A DNA stretch of 64,000 nt, from assembly GCF_963853765.1 (NCBI RefSeq), contig NC_088853.1:39308001-39372000 (forward strand), read 5' to 3'. This document shows, piece by piece, positions 53,431 through 64,000 of the stretch; within the stretch, counting starts at the first letter, position 1; each line of letters begins with the position of its first letter. The notes under the pieces were generated by a model. That model saw only the letters and a program-made list of their open reading frames with translations. It did no database searches and had not been told where the DNA came from. Both the position numbers and the translations under genes were made by a program. The DNA comes from Magallana gigas (lineage: Eukaryota).

Positions 53431-56229
53431 AACTTATTCTTTAAAACAATCGAAAATTTTTCAAGTCATTTGCCCTTAGAAAAGTTAAAAATCGACACAA
53501 ATTGAAGAATAATTATAATTTCAGCAAATATACATGTATTTTTGAAATTGATTTCGATGTTTTTGATTAATCAAAGCATGAACGCAGAAATATTTATGAT
53601 ATTTTGAGAAAGATTATATTGAACTCAATTTTTTTGAGTTTAACGCAAATAAACTGATATTTGTGATTTGGTTACAAAAAAAACTACAGATCAATTAGAA
53701 TTTTAATTGATGTTTTGTTCATGTTATTAATATATATAACTGTTTTGTATTTTTGAAATAACGAAAAATATCATAGTACTAAAACTACACTAATTTATTT
53801 TAGTACACTAACCAATTAATAATGTATGTCAAAAAAGATGAAAATTCCCCTTAATATATATTTTGAAGAGTGTGCACATTAGAAAACATGAAACAATGAA
53901 TCAGTTGATAACTGTAAATTGAAATGTATTTTTATGTTATAGACTTTTGAATATTTGCTTTCATAAAAAAGGATATTAACGATATATGTGTATGAGTTCT
54001 GAAATATAATAAAGTCGTTTTTTTTTTCTTGTGCTGCATTTTTATTTAGTGTTCATTGAGATTATCATATATCAATTAAATATAATGATGTGTGCGTTCA
54101 TTATCATAATTGTTAATTCAATTCCATATTTTAGCCAATTTTTTACAATTTATTAAAAAAAAAAGAAAATAAAAAATAAAAATTGAACCATATCTGACAA
54201 AATGGTGAATAGCTAAGACATTCTGCTCTATTCTCTACATTTCAGACAAAAAACCCATCAAAGTTTTGGGTGTAGATTTAACGTCCCTTTTTCTGTTTTT
54301 TTAATTTATTTTTTTTAATTTTTGTTTGTCTTTGTTTTGTTGCTATTCAGAAATATTGCTATTTTTATTGGTTTATATGATTTGGTACATGCACATGCAC
54401 CTGAAAAGAATAATGTTCACCAAGCCTGGAGGTCGAAAAAATAATGTATTTCTATGTAAGCTACATACATTCATCGTACCAATCGAACAAAACTGATAAA
54501 AATGATTTCATTTTTTGATTCAATGACAAATTGTTACTGTCATTTCAAACAGAATGTTATCTTGCGAGGAAAATTTTAAGGTGTCAAAACATGACTTAGG
54601 CGAATTAAAATCCCAAATCCCCTTTTGAATTGTTTCCGCCTTGGACAGAGACTGATTTTTGATGAATAAAAATACATGTGTAAGACGTCTGTTGTTCCGT
54701 TATTGTAATAATACGAGGTGTTTTAAGATATCGATGCTTGTTATTGCCGGATTAGGGTAAAAAAAACCACCTGAGCTCGTTTTCAATCACATGTGTAACT
54801 TCGACGTAAACAAACAATCTTGCCTTTTTTTTGGAGCGGGGTTATTAAAATGCATATCAAGTGTTGTTCTAAGAAATACTCAGGGGAAGCTTTACATAAC
54901 CTTGATTGGAACTTATAATCTGTATCTAAGGTTGCATTGTTTTTGTTTAATATATTTAGAGAAATTCAATTATGTTAAGAGTGACAACTGCACTAAGCAT
55001 AGGATTGAAGTCAAAATTAAACACACAGACAAATCGCAAAATTTCTTTACAAAAAAAAAAATGATAATAACCTATTGTAGCGTTTTGGAAAATCCCACTC
55101 TATTTTTGAAAAATGAGAACATCTAATGGCATACTTACCTCGTAAGTCAAGTGGAGGCGAATATAGGTTTGAATTTTATCATTACAATATCAGTCAATTA
55201 GAGGGCTAAGAATTAATCAATCATGGCATGTGATAACGAACAGTGTTCAAAATCGGACATCTAAAATAATTAGAAGTAGGATTAAGTGCCATGGAGGAGT
55301 AAGAATCATCTGCTGACTGGTCACATCCGCCGTAATTATTCGAAAATATTAAAATCAATGTCCATGGACACAGATTGATTTTAAATACAACTTTTATCTT
55401 ATCAATTATTTGCAGCATATCTATAACGTGTCGTCTGCTGCTAATGTCGTTACATACCAGGACACACAAAATGAAAAAAAAAGTGATGCAATGTTATACA
55501 TGTATATACATATAACATGCTTCTATACTACGATTCTATCAAAATGTGTGTGCATCTAATTTATCAGGATCGAAATTGAATGAATATGAAAGTTTAAAGA
55601 ACAAATTGAGGTCAGTTTGTGACTAATGATTCTTTGAGTACATTACCTTATTATAAATACTACTATCTATTCATCTTCAGGTATATTCAATTTCATATAT
55701 CAATCCAACAAATCTACAGAAATTAGTATCTCTTTTAAGATGATTTCATTATTCTTTTTGTTTCATTCATACCTCTTAGTTTTGAATGAATAATGACATC
55801 CTTTAATTCTGTTGAATCAATGAAGAATGATAGACAATATAGTAATTTCTTTTCAATCAGCTGTGTAGTTGTCAGTCATAAGTGCCTAATTTGAAAACTA
55901 TTAATCTAATGACAGAACTGAGGTATAATTACATCAATCTATAACTATGAGCTTCATGGACAGTTCAAAGTTTAATAAGTTGACCCGAAAATTATTAAAG
56001 ATAGCAAGTGACACTCATATAGTTTAAAATGTTTAGGTTAGGTTAATATTTCATTTTTTGAAACAAAACGACAAAATCGCACGAATAGGAACTCGTATAA
56101 TTTAAGTAGTAAAATGTTACGACAGCTGTCGTGTGTCCAATCAGTCACTCAATACAGAACAATAAGTATTTACAGTATTTATAAATGGTTTACTCATATC
56201 GGGTAATTTTGTCACAGGACACAGGTGTA

Positions 56230-56610
56230 CTTCAGCGAAGTAAACGCATTTTCATGTTGTTGTCCCCAGATACAGACTGTCCTTTTCGTGTCAAATCTGT
56301 CAGCGGTGCTGAAATTGCTGAAAAGTTAGGTATAATTCTTCTATAAAACCCAACAAGTCCCAAGAATGACCTAACCTGTTTCGAAGTGGTAGTTGTTCAA
56401 AAGTCTTGGATAGCTGCGACTTTCTCGATCGTATAGTAGGACAATTGATGCGACTTCAGCTTCTGATTTGCGTAAAAAACGAGTTTCTTCACTCAGTCTT
56501 CCTCTTGCAAAAACACTGCACCAACACCTGCATTTGACTGCAATATAAATGGTTTTATAGTAAACAAATAGAACAACCCGAGTATAGTCCATTACTGACC
56601 AATACCTGAA
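56230..56610 (-). mobile_element. Permuted Gypsy fragment, copy 3
   Basis: Same sequence and junction as 34380-34730. Confidence 0.7.
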
Positions 56611-56714
56611 GTGACAAAATTTGAGGCACCAAAAAGGATATGAACATGAAACAAAAACCAGAGGTACCCTACAGGGAAAAAAAATGCATTCATAAATCTA
56701 CTGATTGTGACATA

Positions 56715-57299
56715 TCTATACTACTATATTAAAATAATTGACTCGAATTTGGTCTTTAATACCGAGAAATCGGAAGTATATTGTCTTTTGTTTTATATAT
56801 TTTATAAACATTTGATTACATGCAAAAAGGTTACATTATATTTGTTAGGAGAGTGAAGATAGAATGCTATATCGTAAAAATGAATAATGTCCCACGAACC
56901 CAGTTTTACAAAGTAAATACGTGTACGTTGGTGAAAAGGTGTTCATTCTTCCATTCTATGGATTAAAATGTTTAGTTGAAAGGTATTTGCAGTCTCAAAA
57001 AGGTTTTTTTGGGATGAATTCGACGGTTATTTTCAAGGCAGTTTCATTAACTTTCTCCAAAATCGTTCCAGAGCGATTTTTTGTTACAATACGGATATAA
57101 GGGAGGCATTCTAACTGTGGTGAGGGCCTTTCCCGAGACACAGTTGGATTATTCAAACTAACGAAAGTGTAGTAAAATTAATAGCATTATTAAAGGCTTA
57201 TAGCTTTGTTATGTAAATGTCAATAATAAGGTGTGTCAATGTACATATTTCGTAATTATCCAGTACGCAATGTCAACCCGTGCACGGGTCAAAGTCTAG
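56715..57299 (+). mobile_element. Non-autonomous canonical Helitron (585 bp)
   Basis: Starts with TC, ends with CTAG, lies between A and T with no TSD, and has the palindrome ACCCGTGCACGGGT (57276-57289) just before the end. Absent in the A and B spacers. Confidence 0.85.
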
Positions 57300-57443
57300 T
57301 ATACATTATAAGAAGTTGACCTATTTGCGAAAGCTGGCTATCCAATAGCAGTTCATACTTGCAAATTCATGTTTTTGATACTCTTGCTAGCTTACTTTAT
57401 TGGAACGATAAATAAAACATATTTGCCCCGGCGTTACCTACCA

Positions 57444-57645
57444 TTCAGGCACGTAGCATCGGGGGGGGGGGGGGGGGGGGGGGCAGCCCCATCCTCCCCA
57501 CTTTTTCTCGCAGCAACAATTTGTCTAATATTTACATATAAAAAGTTGAATTATCATGGAGCCCCCCCCCCTCACTTTTTTGGGAGAATGTAAGAAATTG
57601 AAAATATGAAAAAAAGGAAATGAGGAGTAAAATTGAAGTTATACA
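57444..57645 (+). mobile_element. Truncated MITE-like insert
   Basis: Begins CAGGCACGTAGCATC followed by G and C runs; absent from the paralogous spacers; second terminus not found. Confidence 0.45.
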
Positions 57646-58422
57646 GTACGCCATGCTAATGTATTAAAGCAATTATAAGTAGGAAAAGGCATGTGAACTC
57701 TAATTTATTGCTTGAAACGATGATCGTTGTTCAGATTATACATTGTTACGATTTCAGTCAAATTCTAAACAAGCTTAGAACATCATTATAATGAGCTTAA
57801 TGGTCTTTGTTGGGGGGGGGGTTTCTTTATTAAAACTATGTTCGTATTGGTTTGGTATAATTCTGTGTGAGCTATGTGATATAAGGGGCGGATCTGTGTG
57901 GTTTTTAGGTCACGTGACATTAGGATATATATAGTAATAGCGCAGGTTTTGTGGGCATTCTACCGCTTGTTAGGACATAGTAAAAGTGTAATGGCTACCA
58001 GTAAACTGTTATTATGATTATATATGCAACATGTGTGTTCAATATTATGTTGTTGATGTGTTTTTTTGTTATGAAATATACTGTATAAATGTTCTAACGA
58101 GCAGCAACCCATATGCATTTGTTTGTTATTTTTCAATTGATTTAGCATATTCATACTATATTAGATTATAATTATTTTATATTCGAAATAAAAGAGTAAG
58201 GGAGAATATAAAGTATGTTTTCGATTCTTGAAGTGTGTACTAGTGAATGATTGGTCCAGTACATTTCTATACAAAAGAATTGTTTGTAATTCCTTATCTT
58301 AGAAATAATAATTTAATACCTCTGCTATTAAACCAAAATCATGTCCAAATACACGGTGTATTTGTGACAATCTTATATTTCTGTTACAAGGCGAAACGAA
58401 TGCACGGACTCCAGCAAATCAC

Positions 58423-59273
58423 TTTTTTGCGTGGACCCTGAGGTCCACGCAGAAAATATATAAGTGAGGTTAAACTGGATGCTATGGGGGAAAATTCAAC
58501 CTGCGCATGAGCGAGCCTGGTTCCTGTGCGTAATGGGTAGCTCAGGGAACCAGTCGATCCCACGTTTATCTGAATCGGGATCGGGATTCCGTGCCATATG
58601 CACACATAAGTTCAAAAGCGTTGTAATTGTAAAGTTGTCGGTAAACAGTACAGAAACAAAGTATTCCTTTGAAAGAAATGATTGGCATGTGATATGAACT
58701 ACCAGTATTATGAAATATGTTAATGTTATGCCGAAACTACAACATGCATCAAATAGCATAATTTGCAATGTTTTGTTGTTTTCCGAATACACATGTAACT
58801 TAACTTTACTTTTACAGTAGGCGAGGCTAGAAAACTTCCTGATTAATTTTTTAAGCATTTAAGTATGATTGAATAATTATGTCACAGTATAAAAGTTTAA
58901 ATCTCAAGAAAAATGCATCAAAATATGAAATTTTTAATTTACACAAAGCTGTCACTGCAGAGTTAACAAAGTAGTGCGAATCGTAATGTGTGCGCAAATA
59001 GTAGAATTCACCGCATGCCTGATACTATATATGCAAACTTCTTTCATAGATAGATCATAATTATTTTAGAAGTATGAATCCTTTAAATTCTGAGATAAAA
59101 GTCAGGGCTGTACATACATGTATACGTAATACAACATACAAATTGAGTGGTTAAAAGAAGAGGGCTAGAGTCGGTGGAATCTCTGATAATCTTAAGGCTT
59201 TCACGTTTTCGTTGGAAACACATGCAAATGGTCCACGTATTGTAGTCCTTTTTTAAAGGAAAGCAACTTGTTA
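58423..59273 (-). mobile_element. HINE-like element specific to the C-D spacer
   Basis: 10-bp hairpin TGCGTGGACC-CTGA-GGTCCACGCA (58428-58451); subterminal repeat GGTCCACG at 59230-59237; end CTTGTT; inserted in a T-run that is uninterrupted in paralogs. Confidence 0.75.
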
Positions 59274-60256
59274 TATTTATTACTGTGTGACCTTCATCAC
59301 AAACAGCATTTGTGATTCTTCCGAATATTGAAGACACTTATAAACTCAAAGTAAATTTCTTTTTTACTCCGCAAAGCTACTGATGGATTTTTGCATAGCA
59401 ATGGACATCAGCTGTTTTGATCACAAAACATCAACAAGAACTGCGAACGATAGCATTGCCAAGTCGTCTAACTAAAAGTCATATTTTGATATTTGTCTAA
59501 TGAAACATATTTCTAATTAATAATGTAAACATTTATGTATGTTTTCGTAGAATATAAATGATATTGTCGAACAAAGAGAGATAACTTTGAATTTTGGGTT
59601 GAAATAGCTCATTCATAATACAAACTAAAAATAAACGGATTTTTTAAAAAATCATCTGAAACAAAAAATCCTTTTAGGGGGTTTTATATCTTGTTATAAA
59701 GCATATTCATAATAAAAGGGTTGTTGTTCTCAGTATGGGGGGGGGGGGTGTATGTCTACAGACCAAAATACATTATAAAAAATGCATACATCATTGTAAC
59801 GTTTCAACTTTTAATTTTTATTTTTTTTTTTTGTATTTGGTTCTTTTTTTTAGTAAAGGGGGGGGGGGGGAGTCTCTGATTAACAGCACTTTTACAAACG
59901 ATTTTAAGAGAGTCACTTATAAACTTTCCTTAATGAAGGTTATTTTTCATTTGAGTTATGTTTACATCTCATATGTGCATAAAAACATAAGTATGAAATC
60001 TACAGCTGTACTTCATTTATCTTTTTCTTAGAACATTTTTGCTGACTTAACAGGGTTTTTTTTCTGCTAAATCAGTCACCTTACATTTTCAAAGATATGT
60101 CATTGTAAATATTTTACTGAAGCGCAATATTCTGTAAAATCTGTATATAAACTGTACTTAATTAAGGTGGAATAACACATTCTCACAAAATGGCTGACTG
60201 CTGATCAAAACGACATTTCATTTTATTAAAAGGATTTTATGAACTGAAACATGTAT

Positions 60257-60330
60257 CTTACTCCATAGTAAAGTAGATAAAGTGTCGGACTTGTGATCCG
60301 TAGATTCCGAGTTCGAATCCCACAGGGGCT
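60257..60330 (+). other. tRNA-derived sequence (paralog of 36680-36752)
   Basis: CGGA-CTTGTGA-TCCG stem-loop and GAGTTCGAATCC B-box. Confidence 0.5.
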
Positions 60331-60926
60331 TTCGTTGTTACTTACTGGAATAATTTTTTTAGATATTCGTTTTATTTATCCCCAAACTGCAAAATTTTCG
60401 CTTATTTGACATTTGTACTGTTTATTTATCATTATATCGTTCATTATAAAAAAATCCTGTTAATTTGAGTGGCTTTTTCCAGGTGTTTTATTCAACCTTA
60501 AACCCAATCTCGACAGTACGAATAAATAATGTTGATTGAAGGCAAGAACACAAAAGGGAGTACAAGAATGATTGTTTTAGTAAAAAGTCATGTCAATAAA
60601 AATTGCAAGCATGTATAATTTAAACCAATAATTGTAAATACGAATGGAGATGGCGATATCTCCTGTTATCTGATGGTACAGTTTGATACGTTTTCCTTGT
60701 TTTGAAATAAACATTTGTGGAAACAAAAAGCAATATATGATTTGTGTAAACAAGGTGCCATGTTACTAAGTTGTACAACTTCTCTAATTTGATTTTTGTC
60801 TTCCTTAAAGGCGCACGTCTCTGACAAAACGGTGTCATCAGATATATATTATTGTTAGACATTCATATTAATTAACACGCATGAACTAACTTTGTTTTAC
60901 ATTATAAAATTAAAATGTAATGATAA

Positions 60927-61441
60927 AAGGACTTTTTGATCAACATTTTCTTTTTCTTATTTTATGTATGAAATAGTTTACTTGCTCATTTTGAATGACT
61001 GACCAAAATTTGAATGTTAGAAGTCAAGTATTAAGAAAAGTACAGAGGTAAAAAAAAGTTATTGTTATGTTAACAAAGCTGGAGTCTTATATTTGCTTAC
61101 AATTTATGTATAGTGTGGAATTACCATTTTTTAATAAAATGATTCGTGGCAAACAAGGTAAACTGATCAATATGTTAAATAGTTAATATAATAAACATAA
61201 AAAAGCAACACTTGATTGAGACTTATACCAATTAAACACATTTATAAACCATAACAAAGCTCGAGTTTTGTTTACAAAACAAAGATTTTCAAACTTTGTT
61301 TCTTGCTTATAACTCAATATTTGACTTTTAAATTTTAATAATGCATTTACCTTACCAAGTACCAATATTAACCATTCTAAACATTAAAAAAAAAAGAAAT
61401 GAAAAGTTAAATGTTGACCTCAAATCGTGTCCAAGTCCCTT
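60927..61441. mobile_element. Kolobok-like non-autonomous DNA transposon
   Basis: Right end TTGACCTCAAATCGTGTCCAAGTCCCTT|TAA and degenerate left end TAA|AAGGACTT...TCAACATTT. The empty site in the A spacer reads gataatgtaagg. Confidence 0.5.
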
Positions 61442-62228
61442 TAATGTAAGGATTGTTTACGATATGTACTAAAGCACTACTACATGTAGTGTAGCAAAAA
61501 CATAAATTAATGAAGCAATTTTTCTTAACATTCTTACAAAGTACTTAAGCTTCAAGGGTTACATGTTTCTCTATCTTAGGGAATTTTGACCAATGAAAAG
61601 TTGGCAATTATTTTTAATTTGAATTATGCTGTTTTATCAATTATCTCTTAAAATAATAAATCAGAAATCTTTCGTATATCGATTTGAAACATATTTCATC
61701 ATGAACGTGTACAATAAAAAGCGTGTGTGCGCAATACGATGTTATAATCTAACAGTTATGGTAAATCATTTTAAATTCATTTTTCGGATTAAATCATGAT
61801 TGGCTTATACATCTGCCAAAATAAGAATCGTGTTGCATATTGATTACGTGTTTTAACATTGAATTACAATTAAAAGAATTAGCGTTATTAAAATCTAAGA
61901 ACAGCAGCGGTAAGAAATTGCAATGCTTGCATTATTTGATTTACATTGATAAAAAGGAAGATAGGAAAATAACACAGAACCATTTTTGTATCTCATCGAT
62001 AAAAAAACAAAAACAGGAATTCCACAATTGCATCTCATCTCGAGGGAAAAAAATCATGCAATCCTTATTCCTACAAATTCTGTTTTTGTTATTCTTCAAC
62101 TTCCTTATCAATACTACGCCCCTTTATACATTTCCCCTTTAACCTTTACATTTTTTAAATCAATTTATCTTTTAAAAATCGTCAGTTTTCATCAAGATTT
62201 GAGAATACAAAGTCTGCATCATTCTACG

Positions 62229-63858
62229 ATGTACCTTCTGATTTGTCATGAGTTGGGTCTCCTTGTTGTCCTGACCATGTTGTTAAATATGTTAGAAGTA
62301 ACAGAGGCGTATGGTGAGTTAATGTTTTAGTTTACTTTATATCAAAATTCTTACTATTGATCAAGTGCATATTTTCTTTTTAATATAGTTTTATTTTATT
62401 TAACATAATTGAAAATCGTTGTTAACCCTTTCTTTTTCTTTTTCTTTTTTTTTTGGGGGGGGGGGGGGGGTGCATACAAGCTGGAAAGTGTTAACCTTTT
62501 AAGGACCTTAAGATTTGATATTATTTTAGTTTTTTTTTAGTTTTTTATAGTTATTATCATCACGAATTAGACTTGTACAGTTTCTGTCAACACCTTAACG
62601 CTTCATGGTACATTAATGTGACTAAGGAATTTGGTTAACCAATACACACATCAATTATATATTTAAATGACAGTGAATCCCTCTTAACATTTTTGAAAAA
62701 AATGATATTTTCCCTTCTGGCACTGCCGCCACCAAAAACCTAACGTACTCAGCCCCAATTCTCAACTTAAGTGTTAAAAATATCTTGGAAATTCTTAAAA
62801 TCGCCGCAACCAACTGTATTAAATATGTACTAAGTGGTGTTGGATTTTTTCAAGTTCTCAACTCTACTGAGTACATACTGATGAATGTAGATAATAAGCA
62901 TCGATGTTAGAAAAAACCGTAACGTACATGTATTACATTATATTGTCTGCTTTGATAGTACTTTATGTAATAAGTCTAAACTTATTTGATTGTTGAATAT
63001 TGTAAAACGACAATATACAATGAAGGTCTTAAATGACCCCTTCCCGCAGAGTTTCCCCTCTAAAAAGAAAATTGAAATTTCATAGTTAAATTGTACATAT
63101 ATATTTCTGAAGCACAAAAACCTGGGGGGGTTTTTCTTCATTATTATAATATTGATTCAAATGCCTTCAAACTTAATAATTTTATGAAAACATTAAAATA
63201 AACATGTATCTGTCATGTAACCATTGTTTGCAAAACTTTTTTTATTTTCTTGCAGTTTTTTTCAGTACTATTTTGAACGCGTCTCACAAATACACAATAC
63301 ATTTCAATCATCGATGAATCTATTTTAAACAAATATAGCAATCATTTTACTTGTTCAATCTACTCTGTGCATTTCCTTGTCAAAACTATTTATGTTTATA
63401 ATAAATGATTTTAAGTGTATTACAAATACCGTTGAACTTTTGATGTTAAACACTATCATTAAGTACAATCGATAAGATAAATGTTTTTTTTTTAAAGGCT
63501 TTTCATACAAGATTGAACTCTGCTTTAGAATTATTATATGATACATAAAACATTTTTTTTTTCAAATTTGAATCATAGGGTCAAAATTACATTTCCCTAA
63601 TGTTCCTGAGTTTATTTTTCCCTACAGAAAATGTTGCCCTTTACATGCCATCATATCAGAGTAACCCGTATAAAGGCAATGTTATATATGACGCAGCCAA
63701 TGCAGTTGATGGACTTAAGTCAGATCTAAGCATCGACGGTGGTCAATGCGCGGTGTCCGCAACAGGACATGAAACTGCTATCTGGAGAGTAGACCTTGGC
63801 AGCGTCCACTTCATCGATCACATCACGTTGTATTTTATGACGGATAACCAATGTTGGG
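62229..63858 (+). CDS. Receptor copy D, first two exons (divergent lectin domain); continues off the right edge
   Basis: Exon 62229-62313 (MYLLICHELGLLVVLTMLLNMLEVTEAY) and exon 63628-63858 (ENVALYMPSYQSNPYKGNVIYDAANAVDGLKSDLSIDGGQCAVSATGHETAIWRVDLG...CW). Confidence 0.8.
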
Positions 63859-64000
63859 GTAATTACTAAATCATTGCTAGAAACAGATAAAACTTTACGA
63901 ATAACTCACTCTTAATAAACGTAAAGGCAAAACGAAAATATAATTTTAAACATTAAAAACTTATAAACATTGACCAGCAAGGGAAGTATGTTTAAATTAA

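Larger units (their letters stand above)
17100..64000 (+). repeat. Tandem segmental duplication of gene plus spacer units (A, B, C, start of D)
   Basis: Introns and spacers align across units. Signal exons recur at 38233, 48982 and 62229 (periods 10,749 and 13,247 bp); size differences are largely explained by unit-specific TE insertions. Confidence 0.92.

Overview
AT-rich animal genomic DNA with spliced genes. The repeat types (Helentron/HINE-like, Kolobok-like) and the F-type-lectin/EGF gene family suggest a bivalve, probably an oyster (inference). From left to right the window contains: (1) two coding exons of a minus-strand DNase II (plancitoxin-like) gene; (2) a minus-strand array of eight EGF-like exons with several lesions and no visible 5' exons; (3) decayed P2X7-C-like, LINE and HINE fragments; (4) a plus-strand tandem array of four receptor genes (A-D) with the layout signal peptide / F-type-lectin-like domain (2 exons) / EGF / TM / tyrosine-motif tail, in 10.7-13 kb duplication units, D being cut by the window edge; (5) a 3.3 kb foldback element with satellite-containing arms and a 6-bp TSD in an intron of gene A; (6) a full-length 7.5 kb Ty3/Gypsy element with near-identical LTRs, five in-frame stops and unusual accessory ORFs. 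There are two N gaps in copy C. Exon boundaries were derived by hand from GT/AG sites and frame, and family assignments come from motif recognition, not database searches.
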